64,000 nucleotides of DNA, taken from the NCBI GenBank assembly GCA_951406725.2, contig OX597832.1, forward strand, positions 32,922,001-32,986,000. The letters are read 5' to 3'. Below the pieces are notes generated by a model. The model was given only the letters and a program-made list of their open reading frames with translations, searched no databases and was not told the origin of the DNA. Of this stretch, positions 42,271 through 54,545 are shown in pieces. This DNA comes from Octopus vulgaris (lineage: Eukaryota). The first letter of the stretch is position 1, and each line of letters opens with the position of its first letter. The translations under genes and the position numbers were made by a program.

Positions 42271-42279
<9 letters not shown>
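42045..42279. repeat. AT-rich near-perfect inverted repeat (~115-bp arms, loop under 10 nt)
   Basis: tatattaaattagagataaaaccactattaggcaaatcatacaatgaaaaacttaagccaatacataagattaattaatttatattattttaaat is mirrored by its reverse complement ending at 42279, with one mismatch over ~95 bp. Confidence 0.95.
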
Positions 42280-42324
<45 letters not shown>

Positions 42325-42722
42325 ACAAACGTACATACATACATACATACATATATGCAGTTAGCGTGGGGAACACATCTCTCTTATATGAAATAATTAT
42401 GAAAATACCCAGTTCGTTCAGCGTCGCCATGTATGAGCAATCCCAGACATCGACGCTTCAAGCTTCTTGGCTCCTGTAAATGCGATGTACCTAAGAGAGG
42501 CAACTATGAAAGAACTTACAAAGCCATAGATTTATGCATAATTCAGTTATCGCTCGATGGAGGAAAATAAGGAAACGCTGCATATATAAACACACATATA
42601 TATATAGTTGCGAATTTGAGTGAATGTTTATGGAATAATATATCAACTGAATGAGGTTAAAACAGAGTTTGGTTTGAATGTTTTTATTATACTATTTCAT
42701 ATATATACTCACACACATACAC

Positions 42723-42786
<64 letters not shown>

Positions 42787-42789
42787 CGT

Positions 42790-43310
42790 TTTGCTGTTCT
42801 TCAATTCTTGTCATGATATTTTTAGCCAAAGTGGATCCAAATAGGCCGTCCTCCAAAAGAAACGGATGGGTGGAGATTTGAAATGTCTCCTGCGTGACAC
42901 TCTCCAGGAAGATAGTGAAAATCGATGGAGTGAGGATACATCCTTGTCCAACACACTCTGTTGCCCTGAAGAATTCTCAGATATTGTTGTTCAAAACTGC
43001 TTGAGTTTTGATTCAGTGCTTGAATCTCTTCGATGAGTTTGCCGAAGTTGTACATTTTCATCACCTGCTGCCACATCCCATTGTGCCAAATACGGTTAAA
43101 CGCTTTTTTGAAAAGTCGATGAATTTGTAACAGAGGCCAGATTGGTGTTACAGACGTTTCTTAGGGAGCAGCCTAAAGTTAATTGTCTGCTCCACTGTCG
43201 CTGCTTGTTTTCTGCAAGGATTTCTTCTACCTTCCCTTTACATCTGTTATACATACCGGAGCTGAACACTATATAAACAAGCAATTCTATTAGTTTTCCA
43301 ACAAGATTCA
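42790..43310 (-). mobile_element. RTE LINE RT-domain segment (inverted 5' part)
   Basis: NRCKGKVEEILAE, TVEQTINFRLL, FIDF/KKAFNRIWHNGMWQQVMKMYNFGKLIEEIQAL and SVSFGGRPI followed by a frameshifted FADD-like remnant: RT subdomains in order. Confidence 0.85.
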
Positions 43311-43317
43311 GGGAGCA

Positions 43318-43782
43318 CAGTTCCCTAATGTCTTCTTTCTTAATGTATAGGTGTGAGAACTAGACTCTTACAGCTCAAATAGATCGAAGAATCTAAGCAT
43401 TTGAGCAGAAGTGCTTCTTCTTCAAAAGGTTGTTACAGATCCCGTATACAGAGCTCTAAATGAGGAACAGGTTTTTGAGAAAGCAATCAGTAAATACACT
43501 GACAGAGAGGTAAAACTCATAGCGTAGCTAAAAATACGAAAGCATGCTTTGTATGGTCAGGTAACTTGTTATGTCTCTGTCCAAAACCATTTCTCGATGA
43601 AAATTTGAGTGAGGGAAACGGGAAAACACTTGGTTTGACAAGTTAGGATACTGGGAACTTGCTGAGCATTACAGAGAAGAGGGACCAGTGGAACGGCTGA
43701 CTATGAAAGCGTCCTGAATGACATACCAATGCGAGGCTGCGTCAGTTAAGGGCGCTTGATGATGATGATGATCATGATGATT
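43318..43782 (+). mobile_element. RTE LINE 3' segment with (GAT)n tail
   Basis: LMYRCEN*TLTAQIDRRI*AFEQKC..KRLLQIPYTE, KIRKHALYGQVT and LSKTI match the RTE C-terminus (LLYGCE.WTL...E.RI.AFE.KC.RR.L.I.Y.E); ends in gatgatgatgatgatcatgatga. Confidence 0.85.
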
Positions 43783-45320
43783 CTTTATGCTCCATATTCC
43801 TTATAAAATTAGCTGACACTCAGATACATTAGCTGCCAGCCTAAAAGCTTAGGGACAAAAGCAGACCCTATTTACCATCTGCCAAAAAACTCTTTCCAAC
43901 ATATCGAATAAGCCAAAACCGGTTAACTAACAGCATGAATTTTTTTGGGGTTGTTTTCTGAAAATTTTGTGATTCGCCCTAATGTATCCGAAATTTTAGT
44001 AAAAAAACGCACACACAGACTATGTGCTTTAGCTGAACAGCATTGTATGTGAGTGGGCGTGTAGGGTGGAGGTGGGCATATGTGTCGGGTATATGCGCTT
44101 CAAAACGATGTAGAAACATCGAAAATCCGAGAGACGAGGAATATGATATGTTTACAGTAGGAACTTCAAGTAGAAAGATATGTCTGTCAGGTTTAGAATA
44201 TGTGGGTTGGAATCCCTCAGGTAACTTCGGAATTTTCCCATCGAAGATTGATTAAAATTATGTGTAAATACATACATACACACACATATATTGAGAAAGA
44301 GAGATAAATAGATAGATAGATGGATAGATAGATAGAAAGAAAGAGAGAGAGGGGGAGATGAGGATGCACCAACATGTAATGTAGGGATGTCAAATCTATT
44401 TAATAATCTACGAAAAGGAGGCTATGGAGTTCTGAGCAAATTAAACCAAGTTGATATTCCTTACGCTAATATTCTTTATGCCTGTGTATTTCTAATATCA
44501 GGAAAAAAAAAGATACATTTCTGCATACATATACTAAATACTTGTGTATGCCTGTGTGTGCGTTTATGTGCGAGAGCATGTATTTATGTGTGTGTGTGTA
44601 TGTGTGTATCTGTTTACGAAAGCAAAATCATTCATACGTATGCAAAGAGCTTTACGCAAGTACGATCTACACATATCTATGTCTGACAAGAAATGAGCAA
44701 TAGTTATTCTTTTAAATGAATTTAAAGAAAAAAAATTCTATACAAAAGTAGACATTTTATATTTCTTTTTTTACAAATGAAGAAAAATATTATATTTTAC
44801 GTTCTTTGTAATCTTTCAAATTGATTTTCTTATATTTATCTCTATGGCATGATTCAAGATTCATATTGTTTTTTTAAACTATTTTTATTAGTATTTTTAC
44901 TTTCAAAGAATTAATGTTATTAATATCAAAATAATGATATAAGTATGTGTTTGAGCGGGGTGTGTGCGGTGCATTGCTCCATGCCTCTGTACCTGTGTGC
45001 GCACAGAGAGTAAATTGTCTTTTTCTGTATTCTTTCATTTTTATATTCTCTGTTGCAAGCAAAACAACAAGGAAAACTTTATACGGAAAGCACGAACTCC
45101 TAAAAGAAGTTTATACTGCTATCTGCGAGCGAACTTGTGTTTACATATTTGTGTGTGTGTGTGTGTGTGGGGGTGGGTGTGTGCGTGTGTGTGTGCGCGC
45201 GCAAGTATATCATCGCTCCGTTTGTTTTGCATTTCGTGTTTATGTAATTCTGTTTGTTTATGTCTGTTTTTCTTCATGTGCAAATGTATTTCTCCCTCTA
45301 TAATCATATGTATATATGTA

Positions 45321-45383
<63 letters not shown>

Positions 45384-45862
45384 ATTTATTTATATATATA
45401 TGTATGTATGTATATATCTGTATGTATATGTATATATATATATGTATATATATATATATAGAGAGAGAGAGAGTGAGAGAGAGAAAGTGATGGTGAAAGA
45501 GGGGAAGAAAGAGAGAGAAAAGGGGGAATGTGTGCTGTGTATATACCGAATAAATATGATGCGTATCTCTCTATGGAAAGGCAGCGGCGCATATATTTAT
45601 ATATATTTATACTTATGTAAATGTGTGTATGTATACATTATATATACAATTTACATATATGCTGTGTATATATAAATGTATATACACATACATACACACA
45701 CACACACACATATACTTATATATGTATATATAATGGAGAAAGAGCGAGAGATGCATATACTTGCACAATGTGAGAGATAAGTAGAGTGAAAATGGTATTG
45801 ATACACGTACATACACACACGCACACATACAATAGGCCATTGTGTCTGTGCGTATGTATAAG

Positions 45863-45897
<35 letters not shown>

Positions 45898-46201
45898 GTG
45901 TATGTTTGTATGTATTTCTTTATAGGTATGCTTATATATATATGTGTGTATATATGTATATTGAAATATATACGCGTGTATGAGTGTGTATGTGTGTGTG
46001 TGTACGTGCGTAGTCAGGCACCTCTATATATGTGTTGTAATAATTCTAACTGCAAAATATTGTTTCTTCGTACGAGAGCACACGTCCCCTTTAACATTTT
46101 CTACTCGGTCATCCACCTCCGCCGCACGACGCCATCCGCACCCCACGCAACGCGACCATCACCAACGGCATACTCTTCCACCACCATCCGCCTATCACAA
46201 T

Positions 46202-46405
46202 CAGCATACGTTTGCAATCACGTGTCAATACCTATGTTGCTAAGGTTGAAATCTGCCCAACGGTATATTCTGCAGACGAAATACGGCTACGCATTTCGCC
46301 CGGCATGCTAACGTTTCTGCTAGCTCGTCGTCAGCAGAATATACCGTTGGGCAGATTTCAACCTTAGCAACATAGGTATTGACACGTGATTCCAAACGCA
46401 TGCTG
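46202..46405. repeat. Inverted repeat, 78-bp arms (3 mismatches) with a 48-bp spacer formed by a reverse-oriented family A SINE head
   Basis: 46202-46279 cagcatacgtttgcaatcacgtgtcaatacctatgttgctaaggttgaaatctgcccaacggtatattctgcagacga pairs with 46328-46405. The reverse complement of the spacer and adjoining arm bases is gacgagctagcagaaacgttagcatgccgggcgaaatgcgtagccgtatttcgtc. Confidence 0.95.
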
Positions 46406-48302
46406 TATGCCACCAAAGACCAAATGGTGATGTGTCTCAGTATATATCTTCCGATATGTGTTTACTACCATTGATTGAATATTTCAAATATAAAAAAAAA
46501 TGTGCCGTTTAGATTGCTACCGCAGACATATCTGTTCTAAGACACACGATGACGAAATGGACAATATTGCGTGATGAAATAATTATGGAGAGCGTGGTCA
46601 ATATTTTTTTAAATTTCGATTCGTTAGGCCTGCAGTTCGAACCCTTTTGTAACCCATTCCATTTAATTTTTTTCACTGGAGAATCAGAATTAATATCAAA
46701 ACAACTAAAGCAATTCTCGTTCATACAAACGGACTCCATGTCAGCTACTCCACACCCTTTGTTGGGGTAGGATGGGGTAGTGAAATCAATTTCTGTTTGT
46801 GACTATTGACTGGATGTGATAGCAAGTGTACGTCCTAGTTGTTATTCATTCCAACATTAATATTTTATGATCATTGAACGTCTATTACACATTTTCTCGG
46901 TTATAAAGGATCCGCAGTTATTGTTCTCAAATAGAATTGAAACGTAGAATTTGTTGCATATTATGAATGATGCAAACCAATATGTTTCGAAAACAGAGCC
47001 ACACATATATATTCTACTGGAACATCCATTTTGTTTGGAAAGTGAGTTATCGGTATTATATTCTGTTTACATTAAATACAATGGAACTCTTGCGCATAAA
47101 AGATAAAAAAGGCTAAATTGCATAAATATGAAGATAACAATATAAATAAAAGGTTTTATTTTAAAAAATAATCACAATTTATTCTATTCTGCGCAATTCT
47201 ATGCATTTGTTTATAAACTATAATATTGCGTTTGTTCCAGCGCCAATACAATAAACAGGAAAAGAGAATACACAGGGAGAGAAAGGGAAAGAGGGAGAGA
47301 GTGAGAGAGAGAGAGAGCATGGAGGGAGAGAGAGAAATGAGGAGAGATAAATGTATTTAGCTTGGAAGATAAAGAGAGGAGGCGTTGGTGAGGAGATTAT
47401 GATTGTAAGATTAATGATGACAAGCGGCAAACTGACAACTTTGTCGTGTACCAGAATAGTTTTGCTTTTTCTTCTTGCTATCCTAATCAATTCACTACTA
47501 ACATAGTTACTATAATATGTAAATAAATATAACATATAATCTAAATACCAGCACAAATAATATATTAGACAAGCAATTGTCAACGAAATGAAGAAACAGG
47601 CAACAATATAATATATCAAAACCGAACGTTGCATTAGTAAAATCCTATAACATTATCGAAATAAAGTCGTAAATATAAAACACAAAATATGAAAGCTTCT
47701 TAGCACCAGACAAATGTTTGAAAAGAAGGCTTATAAATATTCAGAAACATTTTAAAAATCATTCTAAAAGGTTAAAGCGTAATATATAAATAAATAGAAA
47801 GTACAAATAATTTGTAAAATAATTTATAAATATACCTTAAAACAAATCTCGGGAAACCTATTGAACGGAACACATTGTTCGTGATGCAGAGTATATGGAC
47901 GTTTTACAGGGAAAAAAAAACACAGGCGAAGCAATATACAAACAATACCAGCAGCCAAAACTATAAACCCACGAGGTACAATAGAAGTTTAAACCTTCTC
48001 CCTTCAATAAAAATTAACGCACTATCATTTTGTTTATAGAGTAATTTTGTTATAGGTGGAGACTCGTTTATTATCATTTTCGGTAATAGTAAAAGAGAAA
48101 TAGATGATATGTCGCTCCTTTTTAAATTGTGAGAATACTCATTTATTTAACCATATCTATTGAAAATAAACCTTCTAAATGGGAAGGTCAAAGCTTTAAT
48201 ATTTCTTTGGCATAGTGGTTAGTATAACCATAGAGTTTGTAGCGGACGGTGGGTTCGAATCCTGCAGTTGACTTTAGAATTTTTTTTTCAACTATAATAT
48301 TC

Positions 48303-48490
48303 GTTAAAAATGTTGGCACAAGGCTGGAAATTTCAGGAAATTGTCAATTTCATCAACCTCAATGCTTAACTGGTATTTTTTTAACGATACCGAATGGATG
48401 AAAAGGAAGTTTGACCCAGGTTTAATTTGAACACAGAATGTGACGACGGACGTGTCCAGCGTGCTAAAGTTTCAGCCAACTCGCCGCTTA
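48303..48490 (-). mobile_element. SINE family A (degenerate)
   Basis: ttggcacaaggctggaaattt...ctggtatttt...ggatgaaaaggaagtttgacc...atttgaacacagaatgt...cgtgctaaagtttcagccaactcgccgc. Confidence 0.7.
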
Positions 48491-49089
48491 TTATCCATCT
48501 GTTGTATACGAATTGCTTAGTGGTAGAATCCACTGCAATGACAATTGTCACTGGGAATCAATTATTTCACTTTTACAGTTATGATGTTCACACCCAAATC
48601 TGAAGTTCACTGCCAACGTACCAACTTTGCATATAGTTTCAAATACCCAGTGTATTTGTTCGCATTCTGCAATGCATTGCAACTATAGTCAAAACATTTG
48701 ATGTGTCTCTATTAATTCAAGGAGATCCGAGTTAGCGTTCACACTTGATGGTCACGCATTACGGGATTTGTCTTCAATGATGGTTTTCGCTTCTTCTTTC
48801 AGGGCACATGGCTCTTGTGAATAGAGTCACCAAAGTAAATGACATTAAGCTTGGAATTTAGACAGCCTAGGCTACATTTTCTTAAGGAATTCTATGACGG
48901 TGCAATTCTTTGTGTGGCGGTGGGGGGGAAACCATTTTGTTCCTGGACTAAAAAAGGTAGTAATATTATGTCATTAATATTTGTGCACAATATATAATAT
49001 TGGTTATATAATAGTGTGAACAGATATACAGGAGCTTAACTCAGGTGAGCACAAATATTAACAAATCAAATTAGTGGAACTAATAATAA

Positions 49090-50060
49090 TAAAGTCAATG
49101 TACATTTGTGATTAGCGATGTTTTTTTTGTGATAGAAATTTCCGTCACACCGATGTAAAAGAAAGTCTTACCTTCAGAATTCTCTTCACATATATACACT
49201 ATTTTCTTTTTTTGTTTACAAGAATTATTAAACAAACAGTTATCTCCATCCTTGTAACCATAATGTATATTTTCATTTCTATTCGTATTACTATTAGGAT
49301 ATTTAGGACTAGATTGAGTATGATTGTTATTCATACCATTACTTCTTTTCTTCAGGTTAAGATGGGATTTAGAGAGGGTTACTTCCCTTGTTTATTAGAA
49401 GAATTATTTTAAATTTTTCATTTACATTATTAACTAGAGTATTATTATTGCATTCAATCGGGTAATTATTGTAATAAAAATTCGATAATTTTTTCTCGTT
49501 AAGGGAAGAAATAATCTAGAACATATTCTTTGAAACAGAAAAGCCACGCGGACAAAACCGGCATCAATTACATTATCTATTTGTTTTGGTGAGATGTTTA
49601 GAAAATAGGTTGTATAAAGATCCAACACAATTATTTTAATTTGCTTAGTGAATGGAATAATGAGCCAAATAATATTATTCTTATCAGGAGGTACATTATA
49701 ATATTCAAATTTCTTAATCTTATTATATTTATAGAGGGTATGTCTTTTAATTCCATTATTCCTATTACTAATTTCAATAGCTTTATCCGATGAACAATGC
49801 AATAAATTGCTTTTCATATTTTGCATATCATTGTTATCTACATGAGGTGTTTGTTTTAAATTATTTTTTGTATCCTTATTTCTATTTGTATTAGGCCCTT
49901 GAATATTATATCTATTGTGAGTAACTTTCGTGTTATTAAAGCCACAGTCGTCGACACTTTGTGCATAATACTTTAACTTGATTTGATTAATAAAAAGTAA
50001 GTGTTTGTATATTTTAGGTGACACAACTTCACTTGGCTTAAGTGATACCCTTTTATACAA
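49090..50060 (-). mobile_element. Penelope-like retroelement fragment with GIY-YIG endonuclease
   Basis: NCLFNNSCKQKKKIVYICEENSEGKTFFYIGVTE resembles the PLE CP..G.C....VY...(x)n..YIG.T motif; upstream NNIIWLIIPFTKQIK resembles IIWFNPPFS.NV.T; Asn/Lys-rich linkers; frameshifted. Confidence 0.75.
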
Positions 50061-51220
50061 TATGTGACTCAGTATGCCAATGTTTGTGTGTATGTATGTA
50101 TATAGGTATGCGAGTGTGTACGCGTATAGAAGTATGTATACATATGGATGCTTTAACCCTGTCTCAGTTTTCAGAACCCACTTATCTCATTTAAGCATGT
50201 GACTTGCTGTCTGTACAGGCCATTGTAAAGGACTAACGAAACCAAAAGGTATCCCGCGTCCTTGCTAGAAACGGCAGACACATTTTTCATCACTATTTGA
50301 CACGTGTTGTCATTTGAAACACAGAAGTTCCTTAAGGGATGTTATATCTCGGGGAATACCCTAGGAAATTGCTTTTTGGCGATATGAGCTAAATTTTTAG
50401 TATATTGCACATATGCCTACCTTAATAAAAGAAATGCTTCTATTTTATAATACACATGTATACACAATCACAAACATCCATACATATGATATGTATGTAT
50501 ATATACACACTACATATATAAGTTATGTATAGCAAAATAATTTACAACCATTGATACTAAACAATCATCATAGTTATCATTATTTCTAGATACAGATTTG
50601 CTCCTTGTTCCTCACACTTTGAACCTCTGAATTAATCTCCTCTTCGAGGCTCATTTTAACACTATCACCGCCCTGCTTTACTCGTTCACACATCTCTGCA
50701 TTTTTATTTCATTTGCCTCCCTTCATTTACATCGTCCTTATTTACGCCATGAATGCACGCAGTTTACCTCTGGAGCAATGAGCACCGCCTTTCAACATAT
50801 GAATCCATGGAAATCGTTTGATCATTGCGTAGCCAACGGCGAAAACGACATCGGTTTGCTATATTCGGATGTAAAAAGCAGGAAACGAAAGGAAATATCA
50901 GTAAACATTAATCCGTAAAAACCAGTTGAACTCAGGAATTCTCCTTCTGACTAACCTACTGATCTAGAAAGTTGGGCAAAGACAAAGAATGAAGCATTTC
51001 AGGATGGAGATATCGAAAGAAAAATACAATATCAGCTTTAACATCAGATTCCAGAACAAGAATCATAAGAAGTATAGAGAGGAATATTTGTGTGTACGCG
51101 TGCGCACGCACACAAACACATATATGTATGTTTGGATGTACTGGTGCGGATAAGTGCTTGTGATGTATAAGTGTTTTAAAATTATTACAGCAAACATAAA
51201 AGTATATACACACAGACACA

Positions 51221-51274
<54 letters not shown>

Positions 51275-51299
51275 CATGCATACATGCATACATACATTC

Positions 51300-51369
<70 letters not shown>

Positions 51370-51599
51370 ATCTAAGATCATATTTTCATACATGTATGTT
51401 TGTAGATAAGCATAAATATATGCATGTATGTATGTATGTATGTATGTATGTATGTATGTATGTATGTATGTATATATATATATACATATACACATATTCA
51501 TTGTATATATATTATATAAAATATATATATATATGATATATATACACACATATATGTATACATATATATGTAATATATATATATATGCATATATATATA

Positions 51600-51691
<92 letters not shown>

Positions 51692-51959
51692 AATATGCAT
51701 ACACATACATATCATTGGTAGATTTGTTTACTCTACATCAATTACGATATCAACTGTGCGATATTAATCCGGTCTTTGAGACGTCGCATTCCATTTCTCT
51801 GCTAAAGAACAACTGACCTAAATCGAGTGAGATTTCCATTCCATCATTCAATAAACAACTCAGCTCTATCAACATGTTTTTCGCAGAACCAACATGGCGA
51901 CCACGATTGCTTCGAGACCGAGGAAGAAGTTTTCAGACTTCTCCAATAATATTATTAAT

Positions 51960-52020
51960 AATATCGCCGACGAAGACGACGACGACAACAACAACAACAA
52001 CAATACTCATAATAATGATG

Positions 52021-52067
<47 letters not shown>

Positions 52068-52469
52068 TATTATTATTATTATTGTTGTTGTTGTGGTTAT
52101 TATTCCATATTAATAATAGTAATAATTATAACGGTAGTATCGATAATCGCGAATTATGTCGTAAATATATTTTGCTTTCATATATTGACTTAGTCATACA
52201 AGACCGAATACTACTACCACTACTACTACTACTACTACTAATATTACTACTACTACTACTAATATTACTACTACTACTACTAATAATAATAATAATAATA
52301 TTGCTGCTGCTGCTGTCGCTGCTGCAGCTACTGCAGTTGCCACTGCCCGTATTGCATTCATATGTTATACCGTTTCTATTATTAGTATTATTGTCAGTTA
52401 TATTTGTATGACAGTGTAGGATGGCAAAAAAAAAACAGACAACGAAGCAAAGAACAAATAAAGGTATGT

Positions 52470-52516
<47 letters not shown>

Positions 52517-52526
52517 TGTAGTAGTA

Positions 52527-52602
<76 letters not shown>

Positions 52603-53035
52603 CAGTTGTAGTATTAGAGTTAGTAATAGTAGCAGGAGCAGTTGTATTAGTAGTATGTTGATGATGTTCATGAGAACAGGGACGATAATGATTATGATGA
52701 TGATGAGGATGATGATGTATGGGACCATGATGATTACGACGATAATGGCGACACCGACAATGACGACGGCCGCGATGATGATGATGACGATGATGATGAC
52801 GACGATGTCGGCAGTGATGACGGTGACGATCTAAAGGTAATCATCAACGCGTACAAAACAACGCCAGCACCACCCTCTCCACCACCAACGGCAATAGCAA
52901 CAAGAGTCACGACACTGACATTACTACCACCACCACCACCACCACCACCACCACCGCCAACGCCACCGCCAACACCACCAACACCAACACCATTACCAAC
53001 GACCACAACACCAACAAGAAGAACATAAGCGACAC
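51960..53035. repeat. ~1.1-kb compound trinucleotide field (GAC/AAC/AAT/ATT/GTT/CTA/GCT/GTA/GAT/CCA)
   Basis: Directly visible; explains the poly-L/S/V/I/N ORFs. A similar block continues at 53440-53815. Confidence 0.9.
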
Positions 53036-54436
53036 CATCAATAAAAATGAGGGGAAAAAAAGCAAGATGGATATCAGAAATGTTGAATATTTCTTTGTAG
53101 TTATTGAAACTAAGAAATATGTTTCATAAAAGATCAGCTTTGAACTTCGGTTTCAATTTGGAATGGTTTTTTTTATCTTTCTTTTTTCTTTCGATTTGTT
53201 CGTTTTTTCATTATTTTTGGTTCTTTTCTTATGTGCCTCCCCAAACGATTCCTTTTATTTCTTCGTTTCTTGTCTTGAAATGCTGTTACTCTCAGAACAA
53301 AGAATTCAGGACATCGAAAGAATCACGAAATATTTGTGGAAGCAAAATGTTGGATGTTGATGTTCTTTCAGTGCTTGTTGATGTTTTGCCTCTCTCAACG
53401 CTGGTCTTGTTTTCCTTCATGTAGTTCTTCCTCTTACAGTTCTTGATGTTGTTGGTTGTGTTGTGGTTTGTTGGTACTGGTACTAGCGTTGTTGGTGATG
53501 GTGGTGATGATGGTGGTGGTGGTGGTGGTTATTCTCTCTGTGTTGGTGGTTTTGATGTCGGTGTTGATGTAGTGGTTTGGTCTTTGGCTTTGGTATTGGT
53601 TCTCCATGGCTGATGTTTGTCGTGGTGATGAAGTTTTTCCGTCCTTGCACAAACACATACACCCACACACACACACACAGTCACACAAGCACAAACACAT
53701 GTACACACGCATAAGTGTATAGTCAATGGAGTTGGAGTTGTATTCCTTGTTGTTGTTGCCGTTGTTGATGTTCTCGTCGTTGTTGTTGTTAATGCTGATG
53801 TTGTTTGTGCTAATGCTTGCATCAGAATAATTTTATTCATGCGGTTCAGTCACGCTAAGTATTGTTAAATGGAAACAGCTATGGAATACATATTTTATTT
53901 CCCAGGAATGGTAAACAACTCCAGATCAATTAAGCATGACCAAGAAAGGGAAGGAGGGAGGGAGATGGAGAGGTTGGGAAAAGGAAAGATAGAGTGAGAG
54001 AGAGAGAGAGGGGGAATGATGGAGATATTGGGAGCATGAGAAATCACATTCGCTTATTTCCAGAGTTGTAAACAGGACGCACACAGACAGAGTCAAAGCT
54101 TCGTATCTGCAGAAATATACTCTGCACATGTGGATACTCACCTGCCAAACACAATGTGCATAATAACACAAAAACGAATAATTTAGAGTTGAACAAATGT
54201 ATTACATGTGTGTGTGTGTGAGCTTGTGTGCTTGTGTCTCCTTCAATATTAATTCATACCTATACACACACACACACGCACGCACGCACATATTTATATA
54301 TGTATATGTATATAATTATATACATATACACATACACACATACATATATATGGATATACATATACGTATATATAGGCGCCTATGCATACATACATACATA
54401 TGTGTATGTATATGTATATACACATGTATTCATATG

Positions 54437-54474
<38 letters not shown>

Positions 54475-54510
54475 CATATATATACACATACATATCTGTG
54501 TATCAATGTA

Positions 54511-54542
<32 letters not shown>

Positions 54543-54545
<3 letters not shown>

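Noticed and set aside
48200-48272. Functional tRNA gene
   Set aside because: No acceptor or anticodon stem pairing; kept only as a low-interest Pol III-like relic.
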